Shown: positions 29,463 to 39,051, counted from the first letter of the stretch. The stretch is 64,000 nt of DNA from Bdellovibrionales bacterium (GCA_964230645.1 CAXRHT010000002.1:1568001-1632000); one strand, 5' to 3'. Made by a program: numbers and translations. Notes: a model not told the origin generated them from the letters alone.

Positions 29463-30062
29463 ATGAAAAATGCACTAATAATAAACGCTCACCAATATTA
29501 CCCATTCTCTGAAGGCAAACTCAACAGCACCGTCACAGAGAAAATTGCATCATTTTTGGAAGAAAAAGGCTTTAACCTAAAAAGCACCGATATGAAGAGT
29601 GAGTGGAATGTTGAAGAGGAGCTTTTAAAACATCAATGGGCCGATGTCATTGTTCTCCAATCACCGGTTAACTGGATGGGAGTTCCCTGGAGTTTCAAAA
29701 AGTATATGGATGAGGTCTATTCTGCGGGAATGCAAGGGCAGCTTTGCAAAGGGGATGGTCGAACATCTGAGTCTCCAAAAAAAGGCTACGGCAGTGGTGG
29801 AACTCTAGATGGGAAAAAATATATGCTTTCGCTCACTTTCAATGCTCCAGAACAAGCCTTTAACAATCCAGAAGAGTATTTGTTTGAAGGAAAATCGGTG
29901 GATGACCTCTTTTTTCCGATGCATATGAATTTTAGGTTTTTTGGTATGGAACCACTCGCAACATTCGCCAGTTATGACGTTATGAAAAACCCAGACATAG
30001 AAAATGATTTTGAAAAACTACAATCCCACTTAGAAAAAGTATTTCAAGGAGGCTCTCTATGA
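29463..30062 (+). CDS. Flavodoxin-fold NAD(P)H:quinone oxidoreductase (MdaB-like)
   Basis: [50 protein letters not shown]. Confidence 0.9.
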   Translation: MKNALIINAHQYYPFSEGKLNSTVTEKIASFLEEKGFNLKSTDMKSEWNVEEELLKHQWADVIVLQSPVNWMGVPWSFKKYMDEVYSAGMQGQLCKGDGRTSESPKKGYGSGGTLDGKKYMLSLTFNAPEQAFNNPEEYLFEGKSVDDLFFPMHMNFRFFGMEPLATFASYDVMKNPDIENDFEKLQSHLEKVFQGGSL

Positions 30063-30595
30063 GTACAGCTAAATTACAAGCCGGCGACAATTTTCCAACC
30101 ATTAAAGTAAAAAAACTGGGTGGTGGAGAGATTGAACTTGGCAAACCTGAAAATGGAGCAACCTGGCATATGGTTGTCGTTTACCGAGGGAAGCATTGCC
30201 CTCTATGCACCAAATACCTGGCCCAACTTAAAGAGCTTGGAGGACAGTTTTTAGAGGCTGGTGTCGATATTGTGGTTGTATCCGCAGACACTGAGGAAAA
30301 GGCTCAAGCCCAAGCGAGAGAAAAACTCGACCTGCCTTTTCAGATTGGATTTGACCTATCAATTCCGCAGATGAAAGAGCTCGGTGTTTATATTTCTCAT
30401 CCCAGATCGCCTCAAGAAACGAACCGACCTTTTGCTGAACCAGGCCTATTTATTGTTAATGAATCTGGCCAACTTCACGTCACCGACATTTCTAATAACC
30501 CTTTCGTAAGACCCGACATAGATAAGCTCCTTTCAGGAATAAATTGGATTAGAGATCCTGAAAATAACTACCCGATTCGTGGTACCTACGAGTAA
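30059..30595 (+). CDS. Peroxiredoxin-like AhpC/TSA family protein
   Basis: [26 protein letters not shown] overlap. Confidence 0.85.
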   Translation: MSTAKLQAGDNFPTIKVKKLGGGEIELGKPENGATWHMVVVYRGKHCPLCTKYLAQLKELGGQFLEAGVDIVVVSADTEEKAQAQAREKLDLPFQIGFDLSIPQMKELGVYISHPRSPQETNRPFAEPGLFIVNESGQLHVTDISNNPFVRPDIDKLLSGINWIRDPENNYPIRGTYE

Positions 30596-30681
30596 ATCCA
30601 CTTGATTAGTGAGAACGCCTGTGAGCCTATATAACTAACTTGATTGTCACGGATTCGGGTTCAATAATCGAATTTCCGAGT

Positions 30682-30744
30682 CCACCCGAGGGTACCTGGT
30701 TCTTTTTTCGGATGCATAGAGTCAGGTACCCTCAGGTGGGTACC
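30682..30744. repeat. REP-like palindromic element at the 3' end of the transposase
   Basis: 17-bp stem with one mismatch (CCACCCGAGGGTACCTG 30682-30698 / CAGGTACCCTCAGGTGG 30723-30739); three GGTACC units; overlaps ACCTGGTTCTTTTTTCGGATGCAT (30694-30717). Confidence 0.75.
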
Positions 30745-31394
30745 CTTCGATAGATCAAACCTTCAGCTAAAAGACTTACTTTGCCGGTGTTCTTTGAGGC
30801 TTTAAATTCCATTTTACCTCTCTTAAGTGCTAATCTTAAATCTTCATCATACTGAGGTCCGCCCCACTCATTTAACCAATCAAGAGTTGATTGCTCTGGA
30901 ATCGGGTCAAATAAAAGCGGATCCTCTACCACGAGGATCACCAGTTGGGTTAAACCAAGAAGTCCTGAGAGAGTTGAAAATTCATACTCCTCTACCTGTC
31001 TTGTTAGCTCTGCTCGCAGTGGGTTCTGATAAACGTATTTGTAACAATTGATATAGTAACTATAACGATCAATCAGACATTTATGATTGCGACTCCCGAA
31101 GGTCTGATTAATCCTTTTAGACCGCCGACTGATCTCTCGGCTCGTTTCTCTCATGAAATAAAGGAGGAATCGACTGAGATTTCCCTTAGGAGCAGTCACT
31201 AAAAGATGAAAGTGATTTGGCATTAAGACAAACGAGTGAATTTTTATAGAGTAGAGTTGCTGACATAAAAAAAGATAATCACTCATAATACTCCACACAC
31301 ATGGAAGCTTGAGTGAAAACCACTGTCTGTTAATACAACGAGCAGTGATATGGTAAGGATAGTCTAGGGAAATCGGAACAATTGTTCTGGCCAT
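30732..31394 (-). mobile_element. REP-associated tyrosine transposase (RAYT, Y1/IS200-like HUH)
   Basis: YHITARC, VLMPNHFHLL (HUH), YVYQNPLRA (catalytic Tyr..NP), YEFST. Confidence 0.9.
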
Positions 31395-31405
31395 ATAAAA
31401 GGTTT

Positions 31406-31421
31406 TGCAGATTTAATACCA
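31406..31421 (-). promoter_or_regulatory. Sigma-54 promoter-like site of the RAYT gene
   Basis: Minus strand TGGTATTAAATCTGCA, GG-N10-GC; predicted +1 about 31395, ATG at 31394. Confidence 0.5.
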
Positions 31422-31453
31422 ATTTTCACTATTACTCCATAGCTTACGACCAG

Positions 31454-31477
31454 ATGCATCCGAAAAAAGAACCTGGT
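31454..31477. repeat. Inverted copy of the REP-like core upstream of the transposase
   Basis: ATGCATCCGAAAAAAGAACCTGGT is 23/24 identical to the reverse complement of 30694-30717. Confidence 0.85.
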
Positions 31478-31644
31478 GATCGAAAATCGAAGAAATCTCA
31501 AAATTTCTTAGTCTGAACTAATTTTTTAGCCAATATCCCATAGAAATTCCATACACTAATACTTATATTTTAGTAATATCAACAGACCTTATCGACATTA
31601 GTATGAAGCCCAAATAAGATTCGGATCCACAAAAGGAGACGAAA

Positions 31645-32520
31645 ATGAGAATTACAACTATACTTACATTTTGGAGTTTAATTTTATTAATACTTCCTAT
31701 TCATGCCTTAGATCTGAATGACACTACCTCACAGGAGAAAATAGTCATAGCCACGGATGGATTGTACCCTCCCTTCGAATTCTTAAATGAAGAAGGTAAA
31801 CTTGATGGATTTGAAACACAACTTCTGAGAAGGTCTTGTGAAATTGCAAATATACAATGTGAGTTCAAATATCTAAACGAATCAGGAGAGCATCTACAGT
31901 TTGGAGTTTTGATCGATGGTGTGGTCGAAAGGAAATGGGACGCTACCTTTGGGGACATGGGTATTACAAAGGATAGAATCAACAAGGGACTCAAATTTAT
32001 ACAATCCCACATCCCTGCTAAATTCCTCTTAGGTAAATTAGCTAATTCCATCACTACTATACCTGATGATTTGAGTGGAAAAACAGTTGGTGTCGAGAAA
32101 AATACTAAATTCGCTGAATATGCCATGTTTTTGAATGATGAACTTAAGAAAAAATCTCTTCAAGAAATGACTATTATCGAATATGAAAATTCAAATGACA
32201 TCAAGAAAGCACTTCTAAGTGGAGAAATAGAGTTCAATCCAGCCCCAGAAGGGTTTATTGCCGAAACAGTAAATAATGTTGATTTTTCTGAGTTTGGAAT
32301 CGCAAGCCCGGAATTGACTTCAAATTTTGGTGGACAAGTCCTAGGTGATCGAGGCGCAGGTTTTGCCTTCCATGAGGATTCAAAAATTCAATATAAGATT
32401 GCAGCAGCCATGCAAGAACTACTTTACACATGTGAGTACGCAAAGATCTATTCCCAATACATGGGTGATCTCAACGTCACCAACCTCTACCTGCCTATCC
32501 ACTGTATTGATAAGAAATGA
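31645..32520 (+). CDS. Orphan family-3 (polar amino acid) substrate-binding protein
   Basis: Signal peptide, ATDGLYPPFEF, LDGFE, GITKDR, DLSGKTVGV; no permease or ATPase adjacent. Confidence 0.85.
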   Translation: MRITTILTFWSLILLILPIHALDLNDTTSQEKIVIATDGLYPPFEFLNEEGKLDGFETQLLRRSCEIANIQCEFKYLNESGEHLQFGVLIDGVVERKWDATFGDMGITKDRINKGLKFIQSHIPAKFLLGKLANSITTIPDDLSGKTVGVEKNTKFAEYAMFLNDELKKKSLQEMTIIEYENSNDIKKALLSGEIEFNPAPEGFIAETVNNVDFSEFGIASPELTSNFGGQVLGDRGAGFAFHEDSKIQYKIAAAMQELLYTCEYAKIYSQYMGDLNVTNLYLPIHCIDKK

Positions 32521-32533
32521 TCGTTAAAAAAGT

Positions 32534-32556
32534 GCCTCTAAGAAAATCTTAGAGGC
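32534..32556 (+). terminator. Intrinsic terminator
   Basis: GCCTCTAAGA-AAA-TCTTAGAGGC perfect stem, 14 nt after the stop. Confidence 0.75.
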
Positions 32557-33139
32557 TTCTATATTCAACCTTAAAAAAATGAACGATATCGGCATAAGCC
32601 CAAAGCGATTAAATAATTCGACAAATTTTAAAATATCCAACCCAACTACCTGTCCAATTTTTGAGTTGCTTAGAAAGCTCATAAAGCTTCATTGGAAGAA
32701 TTGGCATTTCAAGAGGAAATAATTTTTTTCACCACCTCAGTTGTCATTGATTTATATTAATTGACCTTTTAAACCTTGAAGGATTCGTACCAAGTAAATT
32801 CAATCTTTCCTGGTCAATTAAAAAATAGAGATCACTGGCATGTCATTTTGACACAAATCGAACCAAATTTGTCCCTAATTCTACTAATAAAACCAAATAT
32901 AATGAAATTATAAATACACCGCAACTTTCCAATATCTAATACGTTATCTCAATGTGGCTGTGAATCAGAGGATCAACCGGAAAAAGCGAGGAAAGATCTT
33001 ATATATCGACAGAAAAGGAGTCGTCACAGTGATCGCTATAAGTAGAACCAATCAACAATAGGAAGAACTTTTTTAACTGAACAACGAAAAAAAACAAAGA
33101 AATTATCAATTTTTTAAAATGACAACAGGAGATCAAAAG

Positions 33140-33661
33140 ATGAAACGAGAAGAACTTCTAATAATTTTCTTAATAATGTCAATTCCAACTCTAGCATTGT
33201 GTGAAACAACTCATTCTATCGATGAACCTGAAATCGTCCGGGAGGATTTGCCTACAGATTCACAGGAAGTGAGAAAAATGATTATCTGCAAAAGCCAGAA
33301 AGGTCATATTGAGGTACAAATACCAATGGTTGGCGAGCGCATTTCAAACAGAAGTAGAGACATTGATACAAGACTAGGTACAGAGCAAGAACAGTTCGCC
33401 CCTGATTCAGTACTAAGAATTCGCGATCAGAGAATACAGGGAGGCTATGGCGAGGAGTTCTTAACTTTGCAATCTTCTCCAAGAGAGATGATACTCCCCC
33501 TCGGTCCTGGCCAGGCGACCGCCCAAATTGCAAGGTACCATATAAGACTCGACGGTAATTCTTCCGAAGGCTATCAGGCTACTCTTTATGGAATGAAAAA
33601 ATTTGGTCCGAATGTTGGTATTTATGAATCAAGCTTCCATTTAAATTTACTCTGTGAATGA
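33140..33661 (+). CDS. Secreted hypothetical protein
   Basis: AGGAG RBS, hydrophobic N-terminus, ends in LLCE. Confidence 0.65.
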   Translation: MKREELLIIFLIMSIPTLALCETTHSIDEPEIVREDLPTDSQEVRKMIICKSQKGHIEVQIPMVGERISNRSRDIDTRLGTEQEQFAPDSVLRIRDQRIQGGYGEEFLTLQSSPREMILPLGPGQATAQIARYHIRLDGNSSEGYQATLYGMKKFGPNVGIYESSFHLNLLCE

Positions 33662-33790
33662 TAAGTTTCTGAAAGGAGGGGTGATGAGCCGAAAAATAGT
33701 ATTTAATTTTATACTCGTTAGTGGCTTTTCAAATTGGTTCAGGCTTCTTAATATTATTCGCTTTTTTACCCACCCAGAGAGGTTTCCTCA

Positions 33791-34366
33791 GTGGACAGCT
33801 TAAGACTGGAAAAATTACTCCGCGTTGAATATAACTTTACAGAGGAAGACTTGGTTGCGTTTTTTAGATTTTTCGAATACCGGAAGATTAAAAAGAACCA
33901 AGGTTATAAAATCGGTATAGGTAGAACAAGCAATATTATTTACGTAAACAATGGTCTGTTGATGACTTGCAGCCTAGTGCAGAATAGAAAAAAAATTGTT
34001 CATGACTTCACCCCTAAAGGCAATTTCCTCATTCCGATGAACACCCTCGTGAAAGTGGGTAATCTTGAGCGAACAATAGTCGCTCTGACCACAACGGTGA
34101 CTATTGAGTTTCCTTTTCGATACCTCTGCGATCAAGCCCGAGAGAACCCTCGAATAAAACTTTTACTAGACTCTCTCCAGGAAGAAAAGATCCGTTATTT
34201 AGCTGTAAGAGAAATGGAATTAATCTGTTTGAATGCAAAAGAGCGCTATGTCGCATTTCGAAACCGTTATCCTGAATCGATCGAGAAGATTCGACAGACG
34301 TATGTATCACAATATATCAACGTAAATCCAGTTACTCTAAGTCGTATTAAAAATAGTATGCCCTGA
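33791..34366 (+). CDS. Crp/Fnr-family transcriptional regulator
   Basis: cNMP-binding-like N-domain (IYVNNGL...F...G.F), AKERY..F...YP and QTYVSQYINVNPVTLSRI HTH. Confidence 0.85.
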   Translation: MDSLRLEKLLRVEYNFTEEDLVAFFRFFEYRKIKKNQGYKIGIGRTSNIIYVNNGLLMTCSLVQNRKKIVHDFTPKGNFLIPMNTLVKVGNLERTIVALTTTVTIEFPFRYLCDQARENPRIKLLLDSLQEEKIRYLAVREMELICLNAKERYVAFRNRYPESIEKIRQTYVSQYINVNPVTLSRIKNSMP

Positions 34367-34543
34367 ACCAATATCTCTTGAAATCCAATTAGTTTTGGAT
34401 TCTTTCTCTTCCGTGGCACATTGCTAACGAGAGATTTGGCCAATTAAAAAACTTAGCTTAATCGCAATCTTTTGTAACGAATCCCATCGGTGCCTATTGA
34501 ATTCATTAAAATTTTAAAATTGTCGATACAAAAAGCTTAAGAT

Positions 34544-34560
34544 AAAAGAACCTGTTACCC
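34544..34560. repeat. Degenerate third copy of the REP-like core
   Basis: AAAAGAACCTGTTACCC versus AAAAGAACCAGGTACCC (15/17); first 11 nt identical to 31465-31475. Confidence 0.5.
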
Positions 34561-34563
34561 CTG

Positions 34564-37041
34564 CTAGACTTTTTCGGGCCAGGAGTGCTTGGGGTAGCGG
34601 CCTCGAAACTGTTTGCGCACAACTGGGTAGCTAGCTTGCCAGAAGCGAGCCATGTCTTGACTGATCTCGATGGGTCTCCGTCCAGGAGTTAAAAGCTCAA
34701 TAGCCAATGTCACCTCTCCGTCTCCAATCTTAGGGGACTCTCTAAATTCAAAAGCCTCTTGCAGAATGATCGAAATCATGGGCTTTTTAGTGTCGGCATA
34801 CGAAATGAGATTTTGCCTACGTGTTCTTGTTGCAATAAAACGGGGGGCGAAAGACTCGATAAAACCTAGCTGGGCTGCTGTGAAAAGCATTTTAATGGCG
34901 TTAAGCCAATCCTTGTCTTCTAGGTGGCGCTCTTTAGTTTCCGAGTAAGCCGCATCGACAATCAAATTCCAATGTTCTTCTGTCATTTCTGGAAATCCCA
35001 ATTCCGGATTGTGGTGGCGGCAAAAGTTAGCCCTTTCTATAAATCCCAGACTATTGGGAAAATCATCTTTTAAGACCTCCCTTGCCCCCTCAGAAAACCT
35101 TCTTTTAAAATGATCGATCATATGGGATTTTTTTAAAGGCAAACCGCGGGGCTCTTCTAAGGGAAGCTCCCATAGGCTTTGATACACATAAGGCTTTGGC
35201 TCCCCTTTTTTTCCACCCGTTTCAAGGCGGGTGACTGTTTCAATGCTCTTTTCATAAACCTTTTTGATGGTCTTTTTAGAAACGTCAAAGCGGAAGTTTA
35301 CTTCACTTTCCGTCTGACCATGGGTGCGATGATCCATTAGGCTTAGAGCGACAAAAAATTCTGTGTTTTTGGGTATCTTTCGCTTTCCAACAGATACGCC
35401 CCGACCGGTCGACATCAAAGCTCTTCTCTTTTTTTCAGTTCGAAAACGACACAGGCGGTGGGTGAAGGCTAACGTTATGGCCTCCTCTAGTGAGTCAATC
35501 TCGGGGAGAGTGTTTAATTTACTGGGCTTTTTTTCTATCTGTTGTTTTAATTTTTTAGCCAATTGATGATAGCGGTGGCCTGGATTTTCTTTAAGCCATT
35601 GGAGACGAGAGCGCAGGTCATCGGTTCTTTCGCCTTCTGGGGTTTGAGATAGAAAAGGGGCTGGATCGCCTTCTTGTAAAATGACTACGGTTACAAGAGC
35701 CTCGTCTAAAAACTTCTGATTTAGGCTTAAGGCTGCGAGAACGGCACTGCTAAAGTCGCCAGGAAATTGAGCCACCCAAAAGCCTATGGCCGTAAGTTTT
35801 CCTTCCTTGATACACCCTGAAATTTCTAAGCGTCGGTAGGCCAAATCCCATTGTTCTCTCTCAGGTGCCTCTAAAAACTCGAAACTCTCAAGTGGATGCC
35901 CAAAACTCATGACCTTCGTTATTAACTCGATTGGATCCGTGCGATGAATTTCAGCAGGTGTAGTTTTTCTCATTCGCTGCTCATCAGCACTCGTCCACAT
36001 CTTATAACAGACACCTTCTTGTAAACGCCCAGCCCTTCCTTCTCGTTGGGTGGCAGAGTCTAGAGCGATTCGCCGCACGGATAGAGACTGCACACCGGTT
36101 TTTGCATTGAAATTGGACTCTCTTTTCAAGCCTGAATCGATCACCACTTGAACATTGGGAATGGTTAAACTGGTCTCGGCGATATTGGTTGATAATATAA
36201 TTTTTCTTCTCGAGTCTTCAGCGAGTGCCGTATTTTGGTTTTCCTTTTTTTCTTTCGAAGAGAGTGTGTGTATCTCCACCTGATGGTGCTTTTCTACCTG
36301 AGCTAGGCTTAAGGTTTCTTTAGCTCTTTGAATCTCACTGCGTCCGGGTAGGAAGACAAGGATATTACCCTCAGGATGGTTTTTGAGAGCATGAGTGCAA
36401 AGTTCTAGGAGTTTTTCATTAAAAACACTGCGGTCGTGAAAATTTAAGGCTCGCTTAAGGTAAAACTTTTCAACCGGATATAGACGACCTTTAATATCAA
36501 TATGTTGGGCTTCTGGAAAAAAATCATTTAATGGTCCGACATCTAAAGTTGCGGACATCACCAGAAGTTTGACTCGGTTTTGTTGTTTGATCCAGGAGCA
36601 AGCTAGATCCGTGTGCAGGCTTCTTTCATGAAACTCATCGAGAATAATTAAATCAAAGTTTTTTTCGGCATCGCCACTGGCTAGCATCCGGCTAAGTACG
36701 CCCTCGGTCATAATAGTAAGACGTGTGCTTGAACTTTTTTTATGGACATTCTTCATAATGAGCCCGACCTCATCACCCACTTTCCAATTATTGAATTGCG
36801 CAATGGTCTGGGCACTGCGCTGGGCTGCCACGCGCCTTGGCTGTAACATTGCAATCCGTAGATCAGAATTTTTTACCAAATGAGGTGCTACCAAGATCGT
36901 TTTTCCAGATCCCGGTGTTGCGGTTAGAATAGTCACAGGATGCTCATTAACAGCCCCTCCTACCCTCTCCAGGTGCTCAAAGACTGGAAGCTTTTGCAAT
37001 TTTTCGTCCATCGTTGAGACGATAGCACGAGCCTCCGTCAT
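34564..37041 (-). CDS. hrpB: ATP-dependent RNA helicase HrpB
   Basis: PGSGKT, QPRRVAA, DEFHER, MSAT, FLPG, TNIAETSLTI, QREGRAGR, C-terminal FW..SY..VRK...GRYPKHSWP. Start possibly 37011. Confidence 0.93.
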   Translation of the reverse strand: MTEARAIVSTMDEKLQKLPVFEHLERVGGAVNEHPVTILTATPGSGKTILVAPHLVKNSDLRIAMLQPRRVAAQRSAQTIAQFNNWKVGDEVGLIMKNVHKKSSSTRLTIMTEGVLSRMLASGDAEKNFDLIILDEFHERSLHTDLACSWIKQQNRVKLLVMSATLDVGPLNDFFPEAQHIDIKGRLYPVEKFYLKRALNFHDRSVFNEKLLELCTHALKNHPEGNILVFLPGRSEIQRAKETLSLAQVEKHHQVEIHTLSSKEKKENQNTALAEDSRRKIILSTNIAETSLTIPNVQVVIDSGLKRESNFNAKTGVQSLSVRRIALDSATQREGRAGRLQEGVCYKMWTSADEQRMRKTTPAEIHRTDPIELITKVMSFGHPLESFEFLEAPEREQWDLAYRRLEISGCIKEGKLTAIGFWVAQFPGDFSSAVLAALSLNQKFLDEALVTVVILQEGDPAPFLSQTPEGERTDDLRSRLQWLKENPGHRYHQLAKKLKQQIEKKPSKLNTLPEIDSLEEAITLAFTHRLCRFRTEKKRRALMSTGRGVSVGKRKIPKNTEFFVALSLMDHRTHGQTESEVNFRFDVSKKTIKKVYEKSIETVTRLETGGKKGEPKPYVYQSLWELPLEEPRGLPLKKSHMIDHFKRRFSEGAREVLKDDFPNSLGFIERANFCRHHNPELGFPEMTEEHWNLIVDAAYSETKERHLEDKDWLNAIKMLFTAAQLGFIESFAPRFIATRTRRQNLISYADTKKPMISIILQEAFEFRESPKIGDGEVTLAIELLTPGRRPIEISQDMARFWQASYPVVRKQFRGRYPKHSWPEKV

Positions 37042-37064
37042 TTGCCTAGTTTGGTGCTTGGTCT

Positions 37065-38585
37065 CTAGGGGTTAATGTCGGTGAGGCGCTCAAGGATGGT
37101 GGCGCGGAATTTTTGGGCGGCTATAATGTCTTGTTGGGACCAGGGGATGGATTGGTTTTTTGTGACCTCTTTCCATTGAGTGAATGAGGATCTGGGAGAA
37201 AGGACTTCTCTGCCGGCAATCTTTTCCACCTTTTTTTCTGGGGCGCCACCCCACTTCACTGTGGTCTTAAATTCGGGGCGAAACCAAAGAACAGAGGCTC
37301 CGATCTTTCGAGTTTTCTTTTTAGCTGAAGCGGTTACACCCACCCCCATGACTCCGCAGGTGTTTATCTGCCCTTCCATTTCTGGAATTTCGGAGCTGAT
37401 CTTGTCTGAGTGAGCAATCTGACGCTCACCATTAAAAACCCAGAGGTTGAGTCTGTCTAAATCTTTTTCCGGTGGAACTTTTCCTAAAAGAACTCGGTGG
37501 TCTCCAAATCTAACCACGGCACCATTGGCACCCAGAAAATTCAGAATGTCGTCGCCTTCGTTCTCTAATCCACTTTCTAGGTTTTCTGAGTCTGAGATTT
37601 TTTTGAATAGCTCTCTGGCCTGATAATCCACTCGATCTATAAAATTCATCTTTTGATTTGTGGTTAATACTGAGGCTCTTAATCCAAACTCGTTAATGGA
37701 CTCAGCACAGTGCCTTAACAAGCTTACTGGAAGATAGGCTTTGGATTTGTGATGAAGGGTCACAAGCCCCCACAACCTGCCATTTACCTTCACAGAAAAC
37801 GAGAAGGAGGCTCCCACCTCCATATTCTTTAAATACTGTATATGAACGGGCGAGACACTGCGGAGATCTGAATAGGTCAGATCGAGACCTTCTTGTTCTG
37901 ACAATGAGGCTCTGATGGGCACAGGTTCACTTTGAACATTAGGAATGGCACGGTAGTTATTTAGCATATAAAGATCGCGAGCAATTTTTGGAATATCGGT
38001 GGCTGGAAAACGTAGGCCCAAGAAGTCCCCCATGCCCTCACCTTCTTGTGCAAGTACTTCTCCATCCCATGTGTCTGTGAAGCGGTAAATTAGCACTCGA
38101 TCAAGCTCGGTACTTTTTCGAATCTTTTTACAAAGGATATTACACTCTTCATAGATATCTTCCATAGGATGATTCAAGGGTGTGCGAGGCATTATTTTTT
38201 CATAATCCCCACCCACTGACATCTCTCTGTTCTCAGCCCATAATTCAACAATTCGATTTTTTCCTGAGGTTTTTGAGATACTGGCGTGTAGCCTGCCGAC
38301 ACTTTCTAATGTCATCGCACTTTCTAGGAAGACTTTCTCTCCTTTTTTAAGATCGGAATTCACTCGAAAAAGGATCCCCTCTGATAACAAGTCCGAAACG
38401 GGAGTTCCAAAGAGTTCTTGCAGAGACATATCAAAAGCTGTCTCACAATTTTCAGAGGCATGAAGAACTTTTCCTGATTCAGAATCGACATGCAGTAGAT
38501 AACCATGGCCTTGGATATGCCCACTTAAATGAAGCTTTTCATTCTCACAAGTTTTAACCAATTCTTTCCAATGACTCTCTTCCAT
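37065..38585 (-). CDS. bphP: Bacteriophytochrome photosensory module (PAS-GAF-PHY) without output domain
   Basis: N-terminal Cys13 in TCENEKLHLSGHIQGHG, DRVLIYRF, FPATDIP, RSVSPVHIQYLKNM, LWGL...HH, WFRPE, WGG, PRSSF..W.E. Confidence 0.92.
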   Translation of the reverse strand: MEESHWKELVKTCENEKLHLSGHIQGHGYLLHVDSESGKVLHASENCETAFDMSLQELFGTPVSDLLSEGILFRVNSDLKKGEKVFLESAMTLESVGRLHASISKTSGKNRIVELWAENREMSVGGDYEKIMPRTPLNHPMEDIYEECNILCKKIRKSTELDRVLIYRFTDTWDGEVLAQEGEGMGDFLGLRFPATDIPKIARDLYMLNNYRAIPNVQSEPVPIRASLSEQEGLDLTYSDLRSVSPVHIQYLKNMEVGASFSFSVKVNGRLWGLVTLHHKSKAYLPVSLLRHCAESINEFGLRASVLTTNQKMNFIDRVDYQARELFKKISDSENLESGLENEGDDILNFLGANGAVVRFGDHRVLLGKVPPEKDLDRLNLWVFNGERQIAHSDKISSEIPEMEGQINTCGVMGVGVTASAKKKTRKIGASVLWFRPEFKTTVKWGGAPEKKVEKIAGREVLSPRSSFTQWKEVTKNQSIPWSQQDIIAAQKFRATILERLTDINP

Positions 38586-38914
38586 ACGCTCGTCTCCACA
38601 GCTAAAACTCTCGTCAGGTTAATTCAAAAAATAATCGTATCTTTGAAGACTCCTTGGTCATTTAGTGACTAGCCACCGGGTTTGTGATGGGATGGCTACT
38701 GTCTAGCAGAATCCCAGACATAGCTTAGCTCACTGGTAATGTCGAGTCCGACTTGGTGTTTATCTTTTCTAAAATCGGTGAACTTTTAACGACATTAAAG
38801 GTCAGGGCCTCCAAGAGAATAAGGGCGAGATGAAATCGATTGTGTTGATCTCTGCCTTGGGATCATCCGATTGGAAGTCCATCTGGCTTCGAGTCTCAAA
38901 ATCAAGCGTTCTAT

Positions 38915-38941
38915 TTAAGGGATTCCTCCAAGTGCCGATAA
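38915..38941 (+). promoter_or_regulatory. Sigma-28 (FliA)-type promoter
   Basis: TTAA-N15-GCCGATAA with a perfect -10 box, upstream of the 39052 gene. Confidence 0.55.
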
Positions 38942-39051
38942 ACTTTCTTTATTTCGTTTCTCTTAGTTGGAGCCTCAGGAATCCAGACTAGAAGACGCGA
39001 TTCTAATATAAACTAATGGCCTTCTTATCTACATCAAAAGGAGCTCTCACC

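Noticed and set aside
32579..32722. 47-aa ORF MNDIGISPKR...
   Set aside because: No RBS, starts just after a terminator, AT-rich context; likely spurious.
28947..34560. Prophage or integrase-driven island at ssrA
   Set aside because: No tyrosine/serine integrase or phage genes, and no exact duplication of the tmRNA 3' end; only degenerate repeats, reported as findings.
38586..39015. Riboswitch or hidden heme oxygenase upstream of the phytochrome
   Set aside because: No ORF of suitable length and no recognisable aptamer (for example the c-di-GMP GCAAA...GAAA pattern); only short hairpins.
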